From NCBI GenBank assembly GCA_000708835.1, contig DF236963.1:124001-188000 (forward strand): a DNA stretch of 64,000 bases, read 5' to 3'. The notes under the pieces were generated by a model, which searched no databases, was not told where the DNA came from, and was given only the letters and a program-made list of their open reading frames with translations. Position numbers and translations under genes: made by a program. Positions 35,801 through 46,594 of the stretch are shown piece by piece (the stretch's first letter is position 1; each line of letters starts with the position of its first letter). The stretch comes from Klebsormidium nitens (lineage: Eukaryota > Plantae > Klebsormidiophyceae).

Positions 35801-37056
35801 AAGCAGCACTGGTCCTCCTTTCCACTGAGCCATGATGGTGGAATCTTGATTTGGTGCGCTGGAGGTTTATTTTGCCAAATTGAAGGTTTCTCTGCGAGGT
35901 TTCCTTGCAAGGGCTCTCTAAGGATACCCGGGCACGAAACGCTGAGTTAGCCCATCTGTTTATGCCGAGGCTCACTGTCGTATACGTCAGCTATTGACTC
36001 TCGTCCTAACCTTCCGCCACGCCCTCTGCTCATATTCCCCTGTTCCTAACCCACGCTCATACGGGTCCCCTATTCACAGCCTGCTGATGCGCGCCTATTC
36101 ACACCCGCAGGACACGCAGCTGCTGCTTTGGGACTTCGCCATGGAGGAGTTCGCCTCAGTGCCACGTGGCATCGCCACGACGCCCCTCGCCAACTCCCAA
36201 ACCCTTTCTCACCCGCCGACCCCAACGGCGCCCATTCACACCGCCAACAAGCCCCCCAACCTAGCGGCCTTGAACACCGGTTTCCAGCCCGATGTGAATA
36301 AGCACCCGACTCCGAGATCCGAGGGGCCCGCAACACCTCTGGGGGGGTACACTCCGCAGGGGAACACTCCCCATGGAGCGAACGCACAGCTTGGTGCAAG
36401 TACCCCGCTTGGTGTGAATACTCCACACGGTGTGACCAGCCCCTACGGTGTGAACAGCTCGCATGGTGTGAACGGGCACGGTCTTGCGCCGCCAGTGTCG
36501 AGAAAGGAGGTGCCGAAGCTGGCCCCCATTATGGCCCACAAGGTGAGAGCTTACAGACTACGCTGATCTGAGCCGATGAAAGCGGCAGGCCCAATGTAAG
36601 CGTGCAGAGTCCTGCAAAGTGCAAAGTCACTTATAACGGCGATAGGATGATGTGTATCAGGCACAAGATAACCGTGAATGAATTGGCAAAGACCGGGCGC
36701 CAAGTGAGGCCGTCTTGACCGTCGATCAATGTATAAAGCGGGAGTAGCCACATGTCCCCAGTTCCGATCTCGGATTGCTTTTCTTTGTTTGCGGTACGGT
36801 GTAATCCATTTCAACCGGGTACTTGTCCGCTCAGGTGCACGCTGAGCCACTGTCAGACATCGTCTTCGTTGGGGACGCCCTGCTGACGTCATGCCACGAG
36901 GGCGTGGTCAAAATCTGGCAGCGGCCGAGCGGCGCAGCCGATAGCGAGGCCGGCGCCGCGCCAGGTGGCGCAGCGACGCCCTCCAGTACGGACTCGACGC
37001 CCGTCGCGCCGGTCCGGTTGCGGGAGAGCGAGGAAAGCACGATGTCATTTGGGTGA
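29826..37056 (+). CDS. WD40-repeat protein of the WDR20/DMWD/CreC family
   Basis: Exons 29826..29966, 31488..31878, 32302..32483, 33160..33243, 33767..33863, 34338..34425, 34963..35068, 35486..35578, 36111..36542, 36835..37056, all phase-consistent. Motifs THFKTPEGRFK, HDLLIGLASGDVY, NPIARWHI..AINDVAFSPDG.YLATVGRDG, SYYGSLLCCAWS, YVLTGGEDDLV, WGEGHTSYVSGVAFD, YRFGSVGQDTQLLLWDF. Confidence 0.92.
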
Positions 37057-38284
37057 CGGAAACGAAACGCACGGATATGACGGTCTGTAAAGTGCACGGC
37101 ATAACGCATGTCACGGGGATGGTGTCCGGTTGAAGGAGAGGGAAGTTGACTGCTATGCGCACGGGTGATCATAACGGAGTGGAATGGAGTTTTGCGCGGA
37201 CTGGAGACCACGTGAAAAACGTGGGTCCTTTGAAAGAGGCGACTACTTTATGCATGTCAAGAATCAGATAGGGCATATACTGGTTTAGAGCTGGTCACTG
37301 CTTGTGACGAGCATACCTGAGGAGTCCGTGAACATTGTGAATGTTGGTCATCACACCACGAGGAAGTCGGTCCCTGCTGGACTAAGAGCATTCGCATATG
37401 TTATGGTGAATGAAACAGCAAGTCAGGCCAACGACCTTCTGGCTTGGCGGCACTCGGAGATGAAGTGCACATTGCAATACAGCACATGGTGCGACCATGC
37501 GTCATGCACGATTTGCGGAAATTACTCACTCAGCGACGAAAACGCCATGGTTTATGTCAACACACCTTTGGACCAGGCCCGGCCCTACGCGTCAGATGGT
37601 AACATGCATGATGCAAAGAAAGAGAGGGCCGCCCACAACTATTGCGCATGCCATTGCATGTCATGTATGCTAACAAAGGTTAGGAAACAAAGCATCTTGA
37701 AACATGCACTTGTTCCGGCGTCTTTCAAGCAGTCCGATTCATCCGATGTTCCGCGCGGCTGGTCATGCACCGTCGTCCTTTCGAATTCACGCACGACAAT
37801 CCTTGTTTTGCTTAGTACTAGCTTTACATATTAAGTAGGAGCCCATCACTGCAAAGTTGCACGCGAAAACGTTGACGCAGTTTGCATGCTCTGTAACATT
37901 GCCGTCGCAGCTTCGATGTGGTCCCAGAACGAGTTGCGACCGCGAATCGGGCCCTGTCTATCAGATTGGTTGGTTCTATTATAATTAACAAGAAGCGTCC
38001 GAGTGTGCACTGCTGCCGAGCTTTAAAGACGCATCTGTGCAGGGAGCGCACGAAAGTGACGGTTAGATCGAAAGTCCGTTCTGCATCGAAATATCCTTAT
38101 GATGAGAAGGGTACATCGCAAAACTGTTACCGTCTGTGACTTATCCTACTCTGCGACCAGCTGTCCGACGCACCAACAAAGCGGTGCAACTTTCTACCGT
38201 ACCTGCTCATTCCTTCAAAATACGACTATGTCCTCGTACCTCTATTATGGCTCTCATACAAGCGCCCAGCCAGCAAATCCATCT

Positions 38285-41200
38285 CTATTGGAACAGGTTA
38301 GCAAAGAGCCCGCCCTTTTGGTCCGCCTTGATCTCCTCGATAACCTTGATCGTCTCCGCCACGTGCTTCTCCGGCGAAAACTGGTTGTTGAAAACCAGCT
38401 GTACGACGCCCTTCTTGTCCAGCACGTACGTCTCCCGCCCGGGAAGCGCGCCGAAAAAGTCGCCCTTGATGCCGAACGCCTGACGGACGGAGTTGTCCTC
38501 GTCGGACAGGAGCGTGAAGGGCAGGTCGTACTTCTCGGCGAAGGCCTGACGGAGAAAGCAAGAAGTTTTTGAGCTGACAAAGAGATAAAGGAAGGCGGCA
38601 GTAGCAACCTGACGAAGAGAGATTGCTGATGATCCTGGTTGGGCCAAAGCACCACGGGTAGATTTAACCTTGTGCAAAGACGTGCGGACGATTTGGGAGT
38701 TCTATGGGTTTGAAATGCAGCAACACATAGGAATGCAACAGTGATGAAAAAGAACCTGAAGAACAATGACGATGGAAGCAAGAGAGAAAGGAGTAGAGGG
38801 CACTTTTTCAGTCGGCAAAGGCTCAACGGACAATGGTGGCGTTCTCGGGATGTTAGGCAGAAACGAAGGTAAAACATTTGCGTACGCATAAATGTCTGAA
38901 GATGCTAACGGTACCTTGTGCTTCTCAGCGAAAGCGTAAGAACAATGAGCAAAGTTGTCCAAGGATGTCAGGTTGAAAAGGAAAAGAGAGCCAATTTAAG
39001 TGAGGGAGAGCAACTCCGGACAGGAAATCCTCGGCGAAGGCCGAGGGCAACAAGAGAGAATTTCCACAAGAGAGAAGGTGGATCCATTATTTCAAAGAGA
39101 TGAGCTACTACTTGTCCTCGTCAGGCAGGAGCATGCAGCACAGAGCATAGTTGTGCAGAGAAAGGCCTGACAATCAGGAAATGAGTAGGTAAGAAGAAAG
39201 TTAAGAAGACCACCACAGACGCAAACATAAAAGGAGCACGGAAAGAGAGACGGGCAGGCGGCAAGAGCGGAAGCTGGACATCAGAGTCTCGCGGCTGCGC
39301 AACGTCCTTGTGACAGACGTAGTCTTTTCTATTCTCTTCGTATTCTCTTCGTAGTCTCTTTGTGAGCTAAGCCTGATCGCAAGGAACTTCATAAAAGAAG
39401 CAGCGACTTGACAAGGTGGGAGCTGATGAAGCTGCTGAGGAAATCCCGCCAGAGAACACGAGTGGCAGCTTTCGAACTCCACCTAAACGAATTTCAGTTC
39501 GAAAACGCGACTTTGAGAAACGAGGTATTCAACGATGTAATTAGCAACGGAGCCGCCCCGTGCTCACCTTGTGGGACTCAGGTGAGTCTGCGCTGATGCC
39601 GACTACCTCCGCACCGGCCTTCTTGAAGTCGGCGTACGAGTCACGGAACGAGCAGGCCTGCAGTGGGAGATAAAACGGTCTACAACTAGGAACGACGCTG
39701 CAAACATTTGGATGTGTAATGACGGGTGATCGAATCTGTATTTTGGCTGGTCGACTCGCGTCCCAACTTTTGAATGCTTGCCATAACCCGAACCGTTCGT
39801 ACATCCAGCTTGTGTGGAACGCGCGAGTGACGTGAGCACTAGCCCAAAAAATCGATTCGTGCTTACGAGGCACGTAATCCTCGAACACGCTGCGGATCCC
39901 ATGGGGCGGCAACTAGGTGCGAGGGGTGGTTGTCCGGTCAAAAGCCTTTCAAATCATGGCTGTGGAACTATGAATATGCTACCCTTTAGCGGCTGGCGTC
40001 TTGGCCGGTTGGCATCGTCTGTGAAACGTGAATGAGAGCCTGATTACGGAGTAAAGACCGCACTGTTAATTTCGCCAGACCGCACTGTTGTCTCTTCTTA
40101 GTGTTTTGATGTAGGCGGGTCGAAGGGGATTGCAGGCACGGCAAACATCGGCGGGTGTCAGTCTTCGCCCTATAGAGGGCATTAAGCGCTGCCGAAGGAG
40201 ATGGGTGCTGACGTTCGACTTGGTTAAGCTGTCCCATGTAGCTTCGAGCTGCCAATCCACGTGGATGAGAATCTGCTTTGGAGCTTACTGCAACGATCCA
40301 TTGCAACACAGCCTTCCAATTCCTGTTCTTTCGACAGCCCCATCTCGGCAACCCTCACTTGAATGTGAGTTGCCCGTTTAAAACGATCGTCTTTGCAGTG
40401 TCTGATGTATATGTACTCTCCGAAGTCACAACCCATGTCGCCCAGCTATGCACGCTTTCAGGTCCACTTACTTTCATGAGGAGCATAAGTGCCTTCCATC
40501 CTGAACCTAAAGTCCCAAAAGCTTAACACACCAGAATCAACGAGTCAAACACCCGCATTTTCTGCATATCGCAGACAAGAACTTTCAGACAAGACAAAGA
40601 GGCGCCCAAAACACCCCAGATCACCGCCCGTTACTCAATCCCGTCTATCGAAAGATCCGGGCAGATTTCAATGGGTGCAATATCAGCGGACCGTTTTCTC
40701 ACCTGCTTGGTGCATCCGGGTGTGTCGTCCTTGGGGTAGAAGTAGAGCACAACCGGCTTGCCCTTGAACTTGCTCAAGCTCACGGTGCGGCCGTTCTGGT
40801 CGGCGAGGGAGAAGCTGGGCGCTTCATCACCGATGGACACCTGGACAAGAAGTGACAGTTCTTGAACTGGCTCGATTTGTGCTTCTATGCTTGTAAAAGA
40901 TTTGCTTCCAGGAGCGGGGAAAATTTGCGCTGTTATGCTTGTAATAGTCTTTGCTTCCACGACTGGGGAGGTTTTGTGCTTCTATGCTTGCAGGAATTTT
41001 GCTTCCAGGAGCGGTGGAGATTGGGCTGAATCGCCACGCGGCAAAAGCCAGCAACTCATGATGGAAGAAAGAAAAAGTAATGACGTCAAGCTTCAAGGGA
41101 AAAAGCATTGAACTCCTGTAGACCTGTCCCGGTAGTCTCTTACCAAAGCCCGTTTCCGCGAAAAGTATTCAGTGAAGCCGACCTTCTAGCTCCATTTGCA

Positions 41201-42396
41201 GCATGCACAGAAACTTCTGCAGCATGAAAACTCCTAGGTGACAGGCTTGTTTACATTTATACTCAAAGCCCCATCAGCGTCAAGATGCGGCCGCATCAAA
41301 TCTATGCTTGTAGCAGGGAAGTGATGATCTCAAAGGTAAAGTGGGGATAAGACAATGAGAGCAGAAGTGAGATGTTTGACACCATTCCAACACGATTCAA
41401 AAGGCAATCGCTGTGTAGTGAATCACATCAGCGTTAGAAGGCTGCCTCGGTGGCAGAGGGTATTAGGACAGCAGCTTGAAACCTGCCGTGATGCGCGACT
41501 GTGTAAAGCACTTCTGAAGCACTTCTATGCTCTTTTCAAGAGACTTCCCCAGCTGATCAGTTTGTCCTGCTAAAGAAACTTAGAAGAGATTCCATGCGGC
41601 CATTCTTGTGCATTACATCTGCGTGTGCCAAGACCATGCTGTTCATTACATCTGCATTCTGCAGAAGAGACACCGGCTTTTCACTTTCAGCTGGATGTGC
41701 GCTTGGTGGAAAGGATGTCTCATTGCAGCGGTGAAGCCGAGGATCCACTCTTAAACCTGGTCAAATTTCCATATTTCAAGTATTGCAACTGACTTGATGG
41801 TTGCAACTGAAAATTCAATGGCCCTACTCCAGCACAATGGCCCTCCGTGATCTTGGTACTTTGCAAGAGGCTCCATCAGAAAGCACAATACATCCATTAG
41901 CTCACAATCCCTCTAGCTGCATATCGAAACCCTCAAAAAGCTGTCAGTATTCGAGATCCTCAAAGCTCTGTGGTCAACCCAACAAGATTAAGCATGAAAA
42001 TGAAACTTGCAAAAGCTATCACTAAGGCCCTTTCACTGCATTGAAACCGAGATCACAGTAATCAAGCAGTCTAACGCCCAGATCATGCATCCAACACTCT
42101 GCCCAATCATTCCATATCCCTACCTTGCAAATGGTCACGGCTGATCCTGCCGCACACCTTGCAACCAACCCCCTGCTCACAGCCTCGAAGCGCGCCCCCA
42201 CGTTGTTGGCAACAAAGCTGGAGCTCCTGAGGCCAGCTGCGGCCCCCCACTTTTGGGTGGAGCGGGACCTCCCCAAAGGGAGTGCCGCTACTGCGGAAGG
42301 CCCGGCGGCTGCGCCGCTCTGGGCGCGGGAAGCATTGGCGGTGAGAGCTGCGCTTGCAGAGAGGGGGGTCGCGCACAGAATACTAGAGGAGGCCAT
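38285..42396 (-). CDS. PRXQ: Peroxiredoxin Q (BCP-type), likely plastid-targeted, paralog 2
   Basis: Exons 42396..42124, 40840..40703, 39657..39568, 38545..38285. Transit-peptide-like [17 protein letters not shown]..., then [21 protein letters not shown]|[22 protein letters not shown]...[32 protein letters not shown]. Confidence 0.95.
40880..41030. repeat. Intronic minisatellite, 3 copies of about 48 bp, in PrxQ-2 intron 1
   Basis: gtgcttctatgcttgtaaaagatttgcttccaggagcgggga / gcgctgttatgcttgtaatagtctttgcttccacgactgggga / gtgcttctatgcttgcaggaattttgcttccaggagcggtgga. Confidence 0.8.
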
Positions 42397-43049
42397 CTCT
42401 TATGGATCGCAGGCTGCGGGCTTATAGATGGTTCTTTTCGTCTTTTACGCTGATGGACCCTCCTGAATACTGTAACAGGTGTAAAGGTTACGCTTCTTGG
42501 AACTTGTTGAAAGGTTGTACTCAGTCAAAGATGTTCTAGGAAGACAAGCTCTGAATTGCAAGAGCGCAAAGTTTGTTGAAGCAATCAGATCAGAAAGTTC
42601 GCATTGCAGATTGCAATGCAGCTTTTCAAAGGAGGCCGCGAAGGGCGAGTGAAAAGACAAGGACGTGGGCAAGTGGGAGCCAACACTCAGCAAAGACAGC
42701 CCACGGTAACCACAGGCCTATGGGAGTGCCACGTAAACAGCTTCACCTTCGTACAGAATCCTGGATTCACGAATGGCAGAGCTTGGCATTGAATGCAGAG
42801 CCAAAGTGCGCATAGGCTGACGTTGGAAAGCGACTGTCAGAGTGTGGAGGGCCCCGTATGGTCGCTCAAAAGGTGGCGTCAGCATCAGTCGAAAAATAAC
42901 CAACCACAACCGTTCGATGAACGCAAACATGACTTCAATACCGTCCGTCACAATCCAGTTCAGTATCTAATCGAACGGCACATTTTGATCCGTCAAAATC
43001 TGACGGCTGTATATGTCAGAAGGTCTAAAGAAAAGCAGACTGACTGAGC

Positions 43050-44515
43050 ATGACTGAGCAGCACTTCAGTGCAGCGCGATCGAGCCTCAGCCAGGCTCAG
43101 GCTCCGGCGCAGCCGACTCCTAGACTCGGAGCGCACACTGATGTCAGTCGCAGCAAGGGCGCCACTGAAAGCTTCCAAGCGCTTGCCAATCGCTGGTTCC
43201 CTTTGCCAACAATGGCTTTCAAAGTGCCCCCCCTCCCGCTTCCGCTGGACAAGATCATTGAGCTCCAGAACTTAAATTTGATCGGTTTCGCCTTGCTGAT
43301 CCTGCTCCCCCGCTTCTCAATCACCAGACTGGTCATTTTCCTGATGACAGTCTTCTGGGCGGCAGCATATGCTTGGAACATTGCTCACACCATGACCACG
43401 TCTCCGGATAGCATCAAGTTCGACCAGATGCAGACACTCGATGTGAGGGCCGAGCGAGCTTGCAACTTTCTTCTTCGGAGTTCTGCAGAAGGTCCATGAG
43501 TGCAATTCGGTTGGTCATTTCTGGTCATGTTTGTTCCGTCAAGGATTGCAATCTGGAGCGAATTGACATGCAGCCTTTCAGCAACTATTATGGGCCAAAC
43601 ATTTGTGTCTGCCGTGGAGTCCAGAGTCTGATAATTGAAGTGCTCACAAGAAGGCGCGTGTATGTGAGAAGAGGCAGTTTGAGCGGAAGCTGCTTTGATT
43701 CAACCGCAAAGAAAAGTCACTCTGAGATTGCAGTGCTGCAAATGCTACTTGATGGGTTTGTTCAAGTTGATTATTGAGCTGAAAAGCACCCACTTCTTGC
43801 AACTTCATGATGAAGCGTCTCCTTACTTGAGATCCTGATCACATTGCGGTTACTTTGTTCACACAGCAGTACGTCAGAATCTTCTGATACTGGTAACCCC
43901 AGCATTTTGCACTCCAACGAGAAGGTTGACAAACGGTCCATTTTGCAGGGCTTGACTGGCCTGTTCAGCAACAACAAGCCCGGGATTTTTGCGGCCTGGA
44001 CGCACATGCTCCCGCTCGACTTGTGGGTAAGTTCCTTGCAACGTGCACTAAGGTGCTTGGTTCGTTGTATGCGACTACTCTTTCCCCTCTTTCTAGGTGC
44101 GTGGTTGTTTGTCTGCATCTGACACTCGAACAGGTGCATTTAGAGCTTCTGCACATGCATATTTGGATGGACTCGCTTCTGCGCTCTATATTGGCGCTCC
44201 TCGGGTGCCTTTCTATGACCAGCAATTGATGATTAATGCTGCATTTATCTAGAATTGATCTTTGTTTGCTCTTTTCTAATGTGTTGGTATGCTCTCTTCC
44301 ATTGTTTGCTCTTTTCTAATGTGTTGGTATGCTCTCTTCCACAGACTGCCAGGTGGATCATTGAAGACGCCCCTGTCAGTGGCGTGCCCCATCTCTTGGC
44401 AATCCCGGCTGTTGTCGGCACTTGTCTCTTTGGACCGGCTGGATTGCTTCTATACTTCATCATCCGGACCCCGTTCTTGCTATTCGCTAGTGGCAGCAAG
44501 CCGAAAACTGAGTGA
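43050..44515 (+). CDS. ABA4/DUF4281-family integral membrane protein
   Basis: Exons 43050 (or ATG 43212)..43442, 43949..44026, 44345..44515, all phase 0. Hydrophobic helices and GLTGLFS...FAAWTHMLPLDLW|TARWIIED...TCLFGPAGLLLYFIIR, matching the family pattern W.H.L..DL...R.I..D...FGP.GLLLY. Confidence 0.8.
44262..44341 (+). repeat. Perfect 40-bp direct tandem duplication abutting the acceptor of ABA4-like exon 3
   Basis: ttgtttgctcttttctaatgtgttggtatgctctcttcca occurs at 44262-44301 and again at 44302-44341, followed by cag at 44342-44344. Confidence 0.95.
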
Positions 44516-46594
44516 TTTCAAAAGTGACGGAAGGAGGGGGAAGCACAGTAAAGGGCTCACTTTGTGAGCACGGTACGTTACTACAAAGGGACGATTTGTC
44601 TAAGAGCGGCTTGTTGAAAACAGAAGGTACTTTGTCACATAAGGAGTGTTGAGCAGTTGAGAGAGTTGCCAGGTCGAGACTTTGCTTGCATGCTGGAACC
44701 TAATAACTATGCATAACCAGAAGGCTGACCTTTATGCTGTGTTTGGCTTCGACCTGCTTCATCCTTGCTTGTCTTGTTGATGCTAAAGATATCGAAATTG
44801 ATAGTCATATTTCCGGGATGAATTCTCGTATGAAAACGTACAGACATCAAAAGGGCAAGTCGACTAGTCTTTCAGGTTGCTAGGCAGCCAGCAGAGTTGT
44901 ATGGCGAAGGATTTGAAGTACTGTCCTCGTCAGAGCTGTCATGCGCAGCCCGGCTCATGCATTCAAGGCCGCGTCAAATCGTCATATTGATGCATACTTT
45001 TTCGGACTTGACCATGGCTGCATTCATTCACACCACACCATATATAGCTATAGATGATCTGATTGAAACACAGATCTTTGATGGCCCCAACTAGCCATCG
45101 TTGCGATACTTGATGGTGGCCATGTATCGCGTGTGTGCATGTGCATGCACTGGTATATGCCGCTATATGTGCACTGACCTGCTCCGAGTCGCGTTCGATA
45201 ATCAAAAATCAAAGGCCATGTGGCACATGCCATGTCCAATTGCAGCATGACCTAATTGGCTAGATATTCAGCATGCCTACCGATTCAGACATGTGCCGGT
45301 ACAATCTTGATCACCTCTCATGCAGGTTTGAACGACTCCTATTGTATCGCGCATACACATTCTTTTGAAAGCGTTCGGACAACCACCAGGTTATAAACGG
45401 TTAGTGGAGCTAGGTGTCGATACTTGGGAGCCGTATATTTTGTTGCGCGATCACAGAGAGTTAAATGGTCGATACGAGTGCATTCAAACGTTCCATGATT
45501 TCTGAAAGGGTGTGACAAATTTACTGTCTGCGAAGAAAACGTAAGGACTGTACAAACCCAGTATTTACAGTGATATGGACGGCTCGTTGTGTTTCTTGTT
45601 CCGTTTCTACTTCGACCATACGTGTTCATTACAACCGAAATCTACCTGAGATTGTGCGGCAGCCGACTAGCAGACCTGCACGACTCTGCTATCAACCACC
45701 GTCGATTCCCACTTGGTCTTGACGTTCAACCTTCGTTGTGGGAAGCCTATTGACTCGATGTTCCAAGGAGACCTTCGAAGGCCCAATGCACGCGGCTTGG
45801 CAATCTCCCCATGAAAAGTTGGCCTATAGCTGAGCTCGACCGTCACACGAGGCTTAGAGAAGGAGGCCAAGGCCTCCCTCCTTCCTCAACTTTCTATTCG
45901 CGAGCAGCTCCTAGATGGTCACAGAGTTTCCAAACCCAGACCCAAACATAACCCATGAAAACCCCACGTACACCCTTTCTAGACGCTTGATCACCCCAGA
46001 CTTATCTTACAAGTGACGTTGATGCCCACACACCTAAGCTTGCGGCAGCGGTTGTGCGCCCATTTACAGTGCCATTTACAAGCATCTACTCTACAGAAAA
46101 CGACATTTCAGCTGTACATCGGAATCTTGGCGATTACGCCCAAGTCCCCCACTTGAGCGACCCCAACTCAAAACCCCCAGTTTCACACACCCGCCCCATC
46201 GTTTATGTACTTTCTATCGTTGCCGTTTTCTTTCGGGTTGCATCCGAGTCAGACCTGCGATCAGAGACAGTACTTATAAGTCGAAAGAAGCTTTGACAAA
46301 CACCCTTGACCCTCAGAGTTTCTGAATATTGCTCGCTTACGGATTGCCGGCATTGTTTTAGCGGTTTGTGCCGGCCTTTGCACATGCACTGTCGACAGGC
46401 GAAAGAATTACGAAGGCGTTAAAGGGAGCCAAAATTAGAATTGAACGACAAGCAACTTAATTCTCTCTGTCGAGTTAAATGTCTTCGACCACGATGATGC
46501 TGCATTCAGACAAGCGGGCTACGTTTGTGTTGTTGGCATCGCAAGACGTTTTACGTGAGCTCGCATGCCCACTTCTTGGCAATTTGCAACTCAC

